From Spirochaetota bacterium (GTDB lineage: Bacteria > Spirochaetota > UBA6919 > CBDBPB01): a stretch of 64,000 nucleotides of DNA. The notes under the pieces were generated by a model. The model was not told the origin of the DNA, did no database searches, and was given only the letters and a program-made list of their open reading frames with translations. This document shows, one piece after another, positions 53,638-64,000 of the stretch. Where the stretch lies: the NCBI GenBank assembly GCA_965208615.1, contig CBDBPB010000001.1, forward strand, positions 32,001 through 96,000. Direction: 5' to 3'. Position 1 is the first letter of the stretch. Each line of letters opens with the position of its first letter. Position numbers and translations under genes: made by a program.

Positions 53638-55275
53638 ATGAAATCGGCTGAACTAATAGTTAAATGCCTCGAAAATGAAGGAGTATCAACAATATTTGGC
53701 GTACCCGGTGAAGAAAATATAGACCTTATGGATGCACTTATAGATAGCAATATTAACTTTATCCAAACAAGACATGAACAAGGTGCGGCCTTTATGGCCA
53801 ATGTATACGGCAGACTAACTCAAAAAGCAGGTATATGCTTATCTACCCTTGGTCCTGGAGCTAGCAACCTTATAACCGGTATAGCAGATGCAAATATGGA
53901 TCACGCACCTATAATAGCCATAACTGGACAAGCAGGACTAAACCGTATGCACAAAGAAAGCCATCAATACATGGATTTAGTGGCAATCTTTAAACCTATA
54001 ACTAAATGGAATAGCCAAATTAAAATAGCAGAAACTATACCAGAAATAGTCAGAAAAGCTTTTAAGGTCGCACAAACTGAAAAAAAAGGTGCTTGCCATA
54101 TAGACGTCCCAGAGGATATTGCAGAACTTAACGTAAATAATGACTTATACATTCTGCCAATAAAAGATGGACACATGCCAGACCCATCACAAAAAAACGT
54201 TAATAACGCCGCTAAACTAATATCACAAGCTAAATATCCCATTATACTGGCTGGCAACGGTATAGCAAGAGGAAATGCACATAAATCACTCCTTAGCTTT
54301 GCAGAAAAACAAAACATCCCTGTAGCACATACATTTATGGGTAAGGGAGCAATTCCATATACAAATGAGCTGTCCCTTTTAACCATAGGCCTACAGGCAA
54401 ATGATTATATATCCTGTGGGTTTAATAAAGCCGACCTGGTTATAGCTGTAGGATACGATATTGTGGAGTACCATCCCGTATTATGGAATCCAAATAAAGA
54501 TAAGACAATAATTAATATTGATACAACCCCTGCTGAGATAGATTCCTCATTTACCGTAAACATAGACCTAGTGGGCAATATAAATAGCTCCCTAAACGCC
54601 ATTAATGATATAGCCAAACCCCATGACAATCAAATGACAAAATCTCTTAGAAAAACTATAATGGCTGAACTAACTAAATATAATAATGATAAAGCCTTTC
54701 CACTAAAACCACAGAAAATTATCAGCGATATAAGACAGGTCATGGGAATAGACGATATTGTTATATCCGACGTAGGGGCTCATAAAATGTGGATAGCAAG
54801 GATGTATCCATGTATAAAGCCCAATACTTGTATAATATCCAATGGCTTTGCATCCATGGGTATAGCTCTACCAGGCGCTATTAGTGCTAAATATCACTTC
54901 CCAAATAAAAAAGTGCTGGCAGTAACAGGAGATGGTGGGTTTATGATGAACTCACAAGAAATTGAAACCGCTATTAGAATAGGTGTAAACTTTGTTACCC
55001 TAATATTTAATGACTCTAAATATGGGCTAATAGAGTGGAAGCAAATTAACAAGTTTAAACGATCGTCCTACATAAACTTTAATAATCCAGACTTTGTTAA
55101 ATATGCCCAAAGCTTTGGTGCAAAAGGATATAGGGTTATGAGTGCTGATGAACTAATACCAATCCTAAATGATGCATTCATACAAAATAAACCTGCCATA
55201 ATAGACTGTCCCGTTGACTATAAAGAAAATCTTAAATTAACCGAACAGTTTGGTAAATTAGTTTGTCCTATATAG
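53638..55275 (+). CDS. Acetolactate synthase large subunit-like ThDP enzyme
   Basis: FGVPGEEN, RHEQGAAFMA, TLGPGA, GDGGFMMN. Confidence 0.92.
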   Translation: MKSAELIVKCLENEGVSTIFGVPGEENIDLMDALIDSNINFIQTRHEQGAAFMANVYGRLTQKAGICLSTLGPGASNLITGIADANMDHAPIIAITGQAGLNRMHKESHQYMDLVAIFKPITKWNSQIKIAETIPEIVRKAFKVAQTEKKGACHIDVPEDIAELNVNNDLYILPIKDGHMPDPSQKNVNNAAKLISQAKYPIILAGNGIARGNAHKSLLSFAEKQNIPVAHTFMGKGAIPYTNELSLLTIGLQANDYISCGFNKADLVIAVGYDIVEYHPVLWNPNKDKTIINIDTTPAEIDSSFTVNIDLVGNINSSLNAINDIAKPHDNQMTKSLRKTIMAELTKYNNDKAFPLKPQKIISDIRQVMGIDDIVISDVGAHKMWIARMYPCIKPNTCIISNGFASMGIALPGAISAKYHFPNKKVLAVTGDGGFMMNSQEIETAIRIGVNFVTLIFNDSKYGLIEWKQINKFKRSSYINFNNPDFVKYAQSFGAKGYRVMSADELIPILNDAFIQNKPAIIDCPVDYKENLKLTEQFGKLVCPI

Positions 55276-55370
55276 CTTAAAAATACGATTAAGACCCTTA
55301 GTAAATTATAACAAAAATAAGATGAATTTATAATAATGCGGTGTATATATTTTATAAACAGGAGAAAATA

Positions 55371-55619
55371 ATGAAAAGTGATAACTTGCCTAAAGAAATA
55401 TTAGACTATGTTTTTTACCACTACCAAAAAGGTAATAAGAACTTTATAAACATTAGTAACAAAACCAAAGAACTAGACAATAGACAAATAAAAAATGCAG
55501 TAACCTTACTTAAAATAGATGGCCTAGTTGAATACAATATTAACAATAGCGGAATTTATTACATAAAACTAACTACAATCGGACTAAACTACTTACAACA
55601 GTATATAGAGATAAATTAA
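55371..55619 (+). CDS. Small hypothetical protein, possible winged-helix
   Basis: AGGAG RBS before ATG 55371; L...GLV....LTTIGLNYL pattern. Confidence 0.5.
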   Translation: MKSDNLPKEILDYVFYHYQKGNKNFINISNKTKELDNRQIKNAVTLLKIDGLVEYNINNSGIYYIKLTTIGLNYLQQYIEIN

Positions 55620-55701
55620 ACTATCTGTCTAATAAACTCCTTTGCAACAAAGAATACACTGGTCAAACACTAATTATATAATCTAAAAACAAATATCTAT
55701 A

Positions 55702-56607
55702 TTATAACTTAAATAAACTGGGCTCATCCTCAAGGCTTATCCTTTGTTTAGCTAACTTTGCATAATCAATATCAACTTCATAGCCAATAAAAAACCTATC
55801 CGACTTAAGAGATGCTATGGCAGTTTGTCCACTGCCAATAAACGGATCTAGTATAACCTCATCCTTAAAAGTATAGAGCTGAATACACCTATAGGGTAAC
55901 TCTATAGGGAAAGGTGCTGGATGACCTATCTTCTTTGCCGATACAGTTGGAAAGGTCCAAACACTTTTTGTGTACTCTAAAAACTCATCCTTGGTTATAG
56001 TATTGACTTTATCCCTCTTTTCTCTTTTAAAATTGCCCTTTGAAAATATTAAAATATATTCATGAACATCCCTCAAAGTCGGATTAGATGCAGATTGCCA
56101 ACTACCCCATGCAGTAGATGTTCCACTACTAGCCCCCTTATTCCATATTACCTCGCCCCTCATTAAAAAACCAACTTTTAACATATCCTCAATAATAAAA
56201 CTATGTAGTGGTATATATGGCTTTCTTCCAACATTAGCAATGTTAATACAAACCCTTGCACCCCATACAAGAACTCTATAACACTCCCTCCATATCGCTA
56301 TTAGGAAATCTCTATACTCATTTAAGGTTATATCACTATCATAGTCTTTACCAACATTATATGGTGGTGAGGTTACCATTAAATGAATAGAATTATCAGG
56401 CAACTCTTTCATATCCTCACTAGATGAGTCAATAATACTATTTAAATACTTTTTATCTATTACATTCTCAGTCTGACTACACGGTAAGCCTACTTGATTT
56501 ATATTCTCATAAAGCTTACTGTCATAAAACTTCGATGAATCATGTCCAATACGCTTGGATACACCAAAAGAACTCGTTTTGGTATTTCTTATATTACCTT
56601 TAGCCAT
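55702..56607 (-). CDS. N4-cytosine DNA methyltransferase (beta class)
   Basis: VTSPPYN before HPAPFP and LDPFIGSGQT; start overlaps the REase stop (TAATG). Confidence 0.92.
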   Translation of the reverse strand: MAKGNIRNTKTSSFGVSKRIGHDSSKFYDSKLYENINQVGLPCSQTENVIDKKYLNSIIDSSSEDMKELPDNSIHLMVTSPPYNVGKDYDSDITLNEYRDFLIAIWRECYRVLVWGARVCINIANVGRKPYIPLHSFIIEDMLKVGFLMRGEVIWNKGASSGTSTAWGSWQSASNPTLRDVHEYILIFSKGNFKREKRDKVNTITKDEFLEYTKSVWTFPTVSAKKIGHPAPFPIELPYRCIQLYTFKDEVILDPFIGSGQTAIASLKSDRFFIGYEVDIDYAKLAKQRISLEDEPSLFKL

Positions 56608-57239
56608 TAGTCTTGCTCCCATAGTTTAATCCAACGTTTGTATAAGTTAAAGTCTATTTTTGACCTTATCCACTCTATATTTATGCTTTTTGTCTCTCTG
56701 TCATTAATAAGATCAATTAACGCTTCCTTACTAATCTCAATTCCTCTGGGATTAGTACCCTTTTTAGGAACTTTAATATATTTATCCTTGCCAAGTTTTT
56801 TAAATATACGCTTTTGAACATCTATCGGTATATAAAATAGTCCTCCTTGTTTATTCCAGTTTATTTGAACAAGTAACATATCTACTTTTGGATAATAGCT
56901 TTTAATAAACTCTTCTACCTTTTTATAATCAACAGTCCAAATTATCTTAACCCCAGTTAAGGTGTTTGTAGTAATAGTCTTTATTGATATAGGCTTTCCA
57001 AAAGCTCTAAAATCTACTTCAGACTCAGTTATAGGTATATTAGTCTCTATATTTTTATCACCGAATTTATAAATCAACAATGCTATTATAATAGCCTCTC
57101 TTATTGAACCGACCTCCATACCAATTTTACCAGCCCTTGAACTCTCAAGCTCGGCAAGCTGAAACATTTTAGGCAACCTTAACTTAACCTTTTTAACTAT
57201 TTCTTTATCATAAAATAAAGCTTTAATACCTTCTCTCAC
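56607..57239 (-). CDS. Type II restriction endonuclease, ThaI-family-like
   Basis: SSRAGKIGMEVGS.RE, EVD...ISIKT (PD-SxK), NPRG.E; coupled to an m4C methyltransferase. Confidence 0.75.
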   Translation of the reverse strand: MREGIKALFYDKEIVKKVKLRLPKMFQLAELESSRAGKIGMEVGSIREAIIIALLIYKFGDKNIETNIPITESEVDFRAFGKPISIKTITTNTLTGVKIIWTVDYKKVEEFIKSYYPKVDMLLVQINWNKQGGLFYIPIDVQKRIFKKLGKDKYIKVPKKGTNPRGIEISKEALIDLINDRETKSINIEWIRSKIDFNLYKRWIKLWEQD

Positions 57240-57321
57240 AATTGCCTCTTAAAATAAGCTAAACTAAAATAGTAATCTATATAAAATACATCTGAATACT
57301 AAATGTTAACTATAACGTTTA

Positions 57322-58476
57322 TCAATAACTAATATCACCTAAAACCTCCTTCACCACAGAGGATATATAATAAATATCATCCTTTTTTATAGCAGGGGAA
57401 ATAGGTAAATTAATCAGCCTATTATAAACACTCTCACTTACTGGATAGTCCCCAGCCTTAGTGTTTAAAAGCTTTTTGTATGCAGTGTGTAGGTGTAAAG
57501 GCTTAAATAATACACTGGTACCAATACCACGATTCCCTAACTCAGAAATAAAAAGCTCTCTATTAACATTCACAGGTAATAACAACGGAAATAAATGCCA
57601 TGATGACTTATTATTATCATCCACTTTAATAAACTCTAAATCCTTAAGCTCACTAATGTATATCCCGCTATAAATAGTCCTAATACGGTTAAACTCATCA
57701 AGCCTTTTTATCTGGTGTAAACCAATAGCCGCATTTAAATCAGTCATATTAGCCTTATACCCTATAAGCTCTATATCATAGTCCCATGAAGGCTTTGATG
57801 AATATCTATTATCCCATATCTGCCTGGAATCAGATATTCCATATCTACTAAGCTTCCTAACCTCATTAGCCAAAGATAAATTATTAGTAATAACCATACC
57901 ACCCTCAGCAGTAACAATGTTTTTGGTAGCATAAAAACTAAAACATGTTGCATCACTATCCAGGGTGCCAATCTTATTCCCCCGATACTCAGAACCAATA
58001 GCATGAGCCGCATCCTCTATAATATATAAATTATGTTCTTTAGCAGTGTCAATAAGACTATCCATGTCAACCACGTTACCACCATAGTGAACAGCAATAA
58101 TAGCCTTAGTCCTATTGGTTATTTTATTTTTAACTTTATTACAATCCATCTGGAGGGTCTTTGGATCAATATCCACAAAAACAGGAGTCGCTCCACAGTG
58201 TACCACAACATGAGCAGTAGAGGCAAAGGTAAATGTCGGTACTATAACCTCATCCCCCTTTTTAATACCAAGAGAACGCAAAACTAAAAACATAGCCGAT
58301 GTACAAGAAAATACAGCCACACCATAACCACTACCTAAATAATCACAAACTAGGCTCTCAAACTCCCTTACCTTAGGACCAGACGTTAACCATCCACTCC
58401 TAAGACTATCTATAACCTCCTTAATCTCATCCTCACCTATAAAAGGCGGCGAAAAACTAATATATTTATCAACCAT
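57322..58476 (-). CDS. DegT/DnrJ/EryC1/StrS sugar aminotransferase
   Basis: SGWLTSGP, IEDAAHA, FSFYATKNI..AEGG. Confidence 0.95.
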   Translation of the reverse strand: MVDKYISFSPPFIGEDEIKEVIDSLRSGWLTSGPKVREFESLVCDYLGSGYGVAVFSCTSAMFLVLRSLGIKKGDEVIVPTFTFASTAHVVVHCGATPVFVDIDPKTLQMDCNKVKNKITNRTKAIIAVHYGGNVVDMDSLIDTAKEHNLYIIEDAAHAIGSEYRGNKIGTLDSDATCFSFYATKNIVTAEGGMVITNNLSLANEVRKLSRYGISDSRQIWDNRYSSKPSWDYDIELIGYKANMTDLNAAIGLHQIKRLDEFNRIRTIYSGIYISELKDLEFIKVDDNNKSSWHLFPLLLPVNVNRELFISELGNRGIGTSVLFKPLHLHTAYKKLLNTKAGDYPVSESVYNRLINLPISPAIKKDDIYYISSVVKEVLGDISY

Positions 58477-58490
58477 AATATATCAAATGC

Positions 58491-59747
58491 CTATTGTGAA
58501 AAGTGAATGGTAAAATAATTCTCACCATTATAAGCCTCATAACTAAAACTAAAACCATGAGCACTAACAACATGATTAACTATATAAAGCCCTAATCCAA
58601 AATGACCAGAATCATTATTAGTCCAACCTCTAAAAAATGGCTTTAAATACGTTCCAAATGGATAAATTAATGGCTTCCCCAAACTAACAAATTGAAGAAA
58701 GTCCTTAGTCTGGGTGATAATAACATGCTTATCAGTAGAATAGCTTAAACCGTTCTCAATAAGATTCTTAATAGCAATAGCAAAAATCTCAAAGTCAACA
58801 TTAATTTTATTAGTGCTAACATCCACGGTTAAAGACTTTCTGTTAGCATATAAAAGATCAATAGCATGATCCACAACGTCTATTAGCCTGTAACTCTTAA
58901 CGTTTAAACTATAAGCACTGGATGTTATCTTCTCTATGTTAGCAAACTCCTCAATAAGCTGTTCAAGACGACTAAATACCCTAAATAAAATCTCCTTGTT
59001 ACGAGAGTCGTCAAGAAGCTCAACCGAAATCTTACCCTTAGTAATGGGAGTCTTTAACTCATGCATAATATTCCTAAGAAATACAGTTCTAGAGTCCATT
59101 AAGTTCCTAATCTTATGAATAGCCCTATCAAACTCATTGGACACCTGAGATATCTCATCCTTTTTTGTCGTTGTACACTGAATATTTAAATCTCCATCAC
59201 CAAACTTTATTATCTCATTCCTAAGCCGCTTAATTGGATAAATCGTTTTTATAATTACAATAAACGATGATACAATAATCAAAAATACTAACCAATAAAC
59301 CATCCACAAATAACCCTCAAGCCAGTCAATATCCTCTTTTAAATCCCTAAACAAAAAATTAAAATTACGACCCTGTAAATATAGATAGTAGCTCCTATCA
59401 AAAGTTAAAATAGCTACATTACCCATTCTTAAACGCCTCTTTGTAAAAATATTTGCCCTTTTAAGAATGTCCTGTTTTTTATCATCATCTATAATGCGCT
59501 CTAACATTAAGTCTTTAATACGCTTGTTTATATCCTCATTTATGACTTGCCTCCTATTACGCATATGCCCCCTACCACGCATCATATTATGGTGAACAAG
59601 CCTGAAAATAGTAAAATATCGCTTTTCAAGACCCTTTAAAACCATTTCCTTTTCCATATCAAGAAAATGAATGAATAATACAGATATGCTAACTAATGCA
59701 ATAACAAAAACTACCGTAATATAAAAGAAAATTGAATGCCTATTCAT
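58491..59747 (-). CDS. Sensor histidine kinase (ArsS/RacS-like)
   Basis: Two TMs, HAMP domain, FLRNIMHELKTPITKG, GLGLYIV. Confidence 0.9.
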   Translation of the reverse strand: MNRHSIFFYITVVFVIALVSISVLFIHFLDMEKEMVLKGLEKRYFTIFRLVHHNMMRGRGHMRNRRQVINEDINKRIKDLMLERIIDDDKKQDILKRANIFTKRRLRMGNVAILTFDRSYYLYLQGRNFNFLFRDLKEDIDWLEGYLWMVYWLVFLIIVSSFIVIIKTIYPIKRLRNEIIKFGDGDLNIQCTTTKKDEISQVSNEFDRAIHKIRNLMDSRTVFLRNIMHELKTPITKGKISVELLDDSRNKEILFRVFSRLEQLIEEFANIEKITSSAYSLNVKSYRLIDVVDHAIDLLYANRKSLTVDVSTNKINVDFEIFAIAIKNLIENGLSYSTDKHVIITQTKDFLQFVSLGKPLIYPFGTYLKPFFRGWTNNDSGHFGLGLYIVNHVVSAHGFSFSYEAYNGENYFTIHFSQ

Positions 59748-60412
59748 CCTATAAATTTATAACCCACTCCCCTTACTGATTGAATATATTTAGGTCTTTT
59801 TGAACTATCCCCAATCTTACTGCGAATCCTGCTAACAATAACGTCAATACTCCGATCACTGCTCTCTATATGAAAACTATCAATATTATCCGCTATATAC
59901 TCCCTTGAGACCACATAACCACTACGCTTTATAAAAAGTTTTAAAATCTCATACTCACCCCTGGTAAGATCTAAAGGTTCACCGTATTTATATATTTGTA
60001 TTAAATCGTCATCCACCCTGAATATACCACTTGTTGTCTTCTCTATCTGTTTGTTATAACGCCTTAGAACACTCTGTATTCTTGCAACAAGCTCTCTTGG
60101 ATCATAAGGCTTTGGTAAGTAATCATCAGCACCCACCTCAAGACCAAGTACCCTATCAGTAATATCACTCCTAGCCGTGGATATAATAATAGGAATGTCA
60201 TGCTTCTCTCTTACCAGCTTGCACACATCTAATCCATCTATACCAGGCAAGGACAAGTCAAGTATTAAAAGATCGTACTTATCCCGCTCAAGAGCATTAA
60301 CTCCCAGCATAGGACTCTGATAATTAAATAATTCAATATTATACTGGCTAAGATAATTAGTTAATAATTCAGCTATCTCAGAGTCATCCTCTATCATCAA
60401 AATCTTAAGCAT
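59744..60412 (-). CDS. OmpR-family response regulator
   Basis: ILMIEDD, LDLSLP, GADDYLPKPYDPREL, SVRGVGYK; ATGA overlap with the kinase. Confidence 0.96.
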   Translation of the reverse strand: MLKILMIEDDSEIAELLTNYLSQYNIELFNYQSPMLGVNALERDKYDLLILDLSLPGIDGLDVCKLVREKHDIPIIISTARSDITDRVLGLEVGADDYLPKPYDPRELVARIQSVLRRYNKQIEKTTSGIFRVDDDLIQIYKYGEPLDLTRGEYEILKLFIKRSGYVVSREYIADNIDSFHIESSDRSIDVIVSRIRSKIGDSSKRPKYIQSVRGVGYKFIG

Positions 60413-60446
60413 AAAAAATACCTATCTGTTAAGCTAGTCCGTTTAA

Positions 60447-61896
60447 TTAATGAAAAAAGTCCTCTTCAAACTCAGCTTTTCTATTTAGCCTTTCAGCCTT
60501 CTTATGATAATCCATAATGAGGGGGAGTTGTGGCTTTTTACCATCAAGCAACTCCTCAATAGTAAATATTTGTATTTTAGGATAGCGATTATTTAACCCT
60601 GTTGAGTCATAATAGCCCTTTTTAACCGCCTCAGTGATCATTGCTTTAGTAGGCTCTTGCATACAAATGAAAATGCCAATCTCTGCCTTTTCCCTATCAA
60701 TAACATGACATAAGTCCCTAATTTGTGCAACAGTAGGCTTACTAGCCACCTTACCACCCTTAACCTGTACAATAGCTTTTTTATTAAGTATCTTTTTATT
60801 TTCACCATAGTCATTAAAGTAAATATAACCATCAATCCCACCATCAGCCCCCTTCTTTTTATCACCATAAGGCCTTGCATTAACCAATGAACAAGCCCAC
60901 CACTGAAATTGATATTTATTCTGATCAGATAAAGCTTGTACACCAGATATGTCCTCTGGTTCGCCTATGACCCTATAGTCCTTTTTAACCTCTAAGCTGG
61001 ACATATCTTTAAGCCTCCACTTCATTAAATTAACAGCCAAATGGGTAATGTCTATACCTATCCACTTTCTTTTTAGCTTTTGAGCAGAGCATATTGTTGT
61101 ACCACAACCACAAAATGGGTCTAATATAATATCCCCCTTGTTTGATGAGGCTTTTATAATCCTCTCTAATAAGGTAATGGGCTTTTGAGTAGGGTAGCCA
61201 AGCCTTTCTTTAGCCATAGTATTAACAGGTGATAAATCAATCCACCAATCATTATGAGAAGTTAAATCTTTTTTTTTATCATATTTAGTTCCATCACTAT
61301 GTATTCCAGAACCAGTTTGTGAATACTTTCTTAATGGAGGCTTGAAATAATAATTATGACTTTTTGAGTACCTTAATATTATATCATGCATTCTTTGAAA
61401 CTGTTTTTGAACATTCGTCCATCTTCTGTAATGCCATACAATTTCATTCCTAAAGTTCTTAACCCTGAATATAGTATCCATAAGTATTTTTAAATAATGA
61501 CTAGCCGTCGGATCGCAGTGTAGATAAATAGAACCAGTATCTTTCAAAACTCTCCTTAGCTCTATTAACCTAATACACATCATTGTAAGATAAGCCATCA
61601 TATCATTCTCTCTAATGAACTGCCTTAGAGCCCTAATCATCTCAACAACATCAGCAGGGGCACTATTAATTATATCCTGATATGCCCTTTCTGTTTGCTG
61701 AGTCCAATGCCATGTATCCTCAAAGGCAGTAATTTGCGCCTGTGAGGACTTATCTGTTGTTGGCTCCTTAAAATAAAATATTATAATTAGCCTTTGAGTT
61801 AAACGGCGGATCAAGATAAATTAAATCTATAGACTCATCCTTAATATAATTCCTTAATATATTTAAGTTATCACCATAGTATAAAGCGTTATCCAT
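60447..61896 (-). pseudogene. Beta-class DNA methyltransferase fused to a C-terminal Mrr-like nuclease domain; +1 frameshift near 61771
   Basis: True start 61896 gives MDNALYYGDNL...YLDPPFNS; then YPTQKP, DPFCGCGTT, DGGIDG...VQVKGG. Confidence 0.85.
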
Positions 61897-61935
61897 AAAT
61901 CCTCTTTAAACTTTGATAAACAAGCTTAATAAACC

Positions 61936-62730
61936 CTATACCTTATCCCTAAAGTGCTCCATAACCTTATTTGTAATAATCCTAACTAAATCATCATGAG
62001 AAGTATTATCACTCACTATATCATTGTTATCAGCTCTATTACAGTTATCATGCAAACCACAACTATCATCACATCTAACAACATCGCCCTCTAAGCCGTA
62101 GGTAGTCTTTCTGAGTTCCATAAGCTTATCAACCTGCGATGGGCTTAATGTCTGCACCCCACCTAACATTTTAGCGTATATCATGATCTGAGCAGTATGC
62201 TCTATCTTCTCAAGCTTGTTATATGCCGAATATATAGTATCACCAACAGTAAGACTACCATGCCTATCAAGCATAACAGCGTCGGACTGCTTTATATATT
62301 CACAAATGGAGTTAACAACCTCATCAGTAGACGGTGTAGCATAAGGTGCAGTAGGTATAGCTCCCAAAGATACAACTACCTCTGGCATAACACATTTTGC
62401 CATACTAACCCCTGCTATAGTAAATGCCGTTGCCTTTGGAGGATGAGCATGTACTACAGATAAAACATCAGGCCTAACCTTATATACATAAGTATGCATC
62501 TTAAGCTCAGTGGATGGCTTATTACGTCCAGCTAGTTTATTTCCGTTAATATCAACAATAACTAAGTCAGACTCCTTAAGAAAACCCTTTGACATACCAC
62601 TAGGAGTAGCTATAATCCGATTTCCAAGCCTAATGGATAGATTACCATCAGTGGCTACTATTAACTCTTTATCATATAACCACCTTCCAACCTCTACAAT
62701 CTGTCTTTTTGCCTTACTCTCGTTAATCAT
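61936..62730 (-). CDS. Class II aldolase/adducin family protein with C-terminal extension
   Basis: DGNLS, TPSG.SK, PSTE..MH, VHAHP, HG; ATG 62730 with GGGGTG RBS. Confidence 0.9.
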   Translation of the reverse strand: MINESKAKRQIVEVGRWLYDKELIVATDGNLSIRLGNRIIATPSGMSKGFLKESDLVIVDINGNKLAGRNKPSTELKMHTYVYKVRPDVLSVVHAHPPKATAFTIAGVSMAKCVMPEVVVSLGAIPTAPYATPSTDEVVNSICEYIKQSDAVMLDRHGSLTVGDTIYSAYNKLEKIEHTAQIMIYAKMLGGVQTLSPSQVDKLMELRKTTYGLEGDVVRCDDSCGLHDNCNRADNNDIVSDNTSHDDLVRIITNKVMEHFRDKV

Positions 62731-62938
62731 TATCACCCCATTAACAAAGTCATAAATAAAAAATAATTCATTTATAACAAGTTCCAAAGAAAAAATTATT
62801 TTATATTGAGTATATTGTGGGATGTTATGATGTTAGTAGTATAACAGGATGGTAGAATATTTAATTATCTTATATACAAAAAAATATAACAGCTTATTAC
62901 AGCACAAAGAAAAAAACTACTAACTAAATATCATTATA

Positions 62939-64000
62939 TCAATCTATATCAGAACCCTTTTTAGCCCCCTTAGACCTTAAGAGCTTAATAGTAGCTGTAT
63001 GCCCCTCTTCAATAGCCATGTCTAATGGAGTCTCACCATTCTTATTTTTAATATTAACATTAGCCCCCTTAGATATTAATAATCTAACTGTTTTTGTATG
63101 GCCACTAGAAGCAGCCCAATGTAAAGGAGTAAAGCCGTATTTATCTTGTACATTAACATTAGCACCCTTAGATATTAATAACTTAACAACCTTTGTACGC
63201 CCCTTTTCAATAGCACTATGTAAAGGAGTATAGCCGTATTTATTTACTACATTAACATTAGCACCCTTAGATATTAATAACTTAACAACCTTTGTACGCC
63301 CCTTTTCAATAGCACTATGTAAAGGAGTATAGCCGTATTTATCTTTTACATTAACATTAGCACCCTTGGATATTAATAACTTAACAATCTTTGTACGCCC
63401 CTTTTCAATAGCCCAACTTAAAGGAGTCCAGCCATATTTACTTACTCCATTAACATTAGCCCCCTTAGATATTAATAACTTAACAACCTTTGTACGCCCC
63501 CTTTCAATAGCCCTATGTAAAGGAGTATAGCCATTTTTACTTGCTACATTAACATTAGCACCCTTGGATATTAATAATCTAACTGTTTTTGTATGGCCAC
63601 TATCAGCAGCCCAATGTAAAGGAGTATAGCCATCTTTACCTGCTAAATTAACCTTAGCACCCTTAGATATTAACAACTTAACAACCTTTGTACGCCCTTC
63701 TATAGCAGCCCTATGTAAAGGAGTAAAGCCAAATATACTTACTACATTAACCTTAGCACCCTTAGATATTAATAATCTAACTGTTTTTGTATGGCCACTA
63801 TCAGCAGCCCTATGTAAAGGAGTAAAGCCGTATTTATCTTGTACATTAACATTAGCACCCTTAGATATTAATAATCTAACTGTTTTTGTATGCCCCCTAT
63901 CAGCAGCCTCATGTAAAGGAGTAAAGCCGTATTTATTTACTACATTAACCTTAGCACCCTTAGATATTAATAGTCTAACTGTTTTTGTATGCCCCTTTTC
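62939..64000 (-). CDS. Ankyrin-repeat protein, 5' end outside the window
   Basis: Frame stays open from 63676 to the window edge; about 10 tandem 99-bp repeats. Confidence 0.95.
   Translation of the reverse strand, partial: EKGHTKTVRLLISKGAKVNVVNKYGFTPLHEAADRGHTKTVRLLISKGANVNVQDKYGFTPLHRAADSGHTKTVRLLISKGAKVNVVSIFGFTPLHRAAIEGRTKVVKLLISKGAKVNLAGKDGYTPLHWAADSGHTKTVRLLISKGANVNVASKNGYTPLHRAIERGRTKVVKLLISKGANVNGVSKYGWTPLSWAIEKGRTKIVKLLISKGANVNVKDKYGYTPLHSAIEKGRTKVVKLLISKGANVNVVNKYGYTPLHSAIEKGRTKVVKLLISKGANVNVQDKYGFTPLHWAASSGHTKTVRLLISKGANVNIKNKNGETPLDMAIEEGHTATIKLLRSKGAKKGSDID

Overview
AT-rich bacterial chromosomal segment, gene-dense and mostly housekeeping: rsmD, prs, accA, ispH, tpx, nnr, thiC, rplT-rpmI-infC-thrS and secF-secD-yajC. 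A DUF1577/PilZ-like protein and other gene content tentatively suggest a spirochaete (inference). Accessory content includes three restriction-modification-type loci, a surface-glycan cluster with a duplicated GT2 gene, a Campylobacterota-like two-component system, eukaryote-like repeat proteins (two ankyrin, one WD40, one TPR) and an NfeD-like/flotillin/giant AAA+ ATPase cluster. The most unusual signal is a non-coding element present twice, 41,584 bp apart (about 9.8-11.2 kb and 51.9-52.8 kb). It has TGT...ACA imperfect terminal inverted repeats, an extended -10 promoter-like motif and a near-identical core of about 425 nt that folds into several stems. In the first copy its left portion is amplified into a 201-bp tandem array. 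Several genes carry single-base frameshifts that may be sequencing errors. All product calls come from motif recognition, not database searches.
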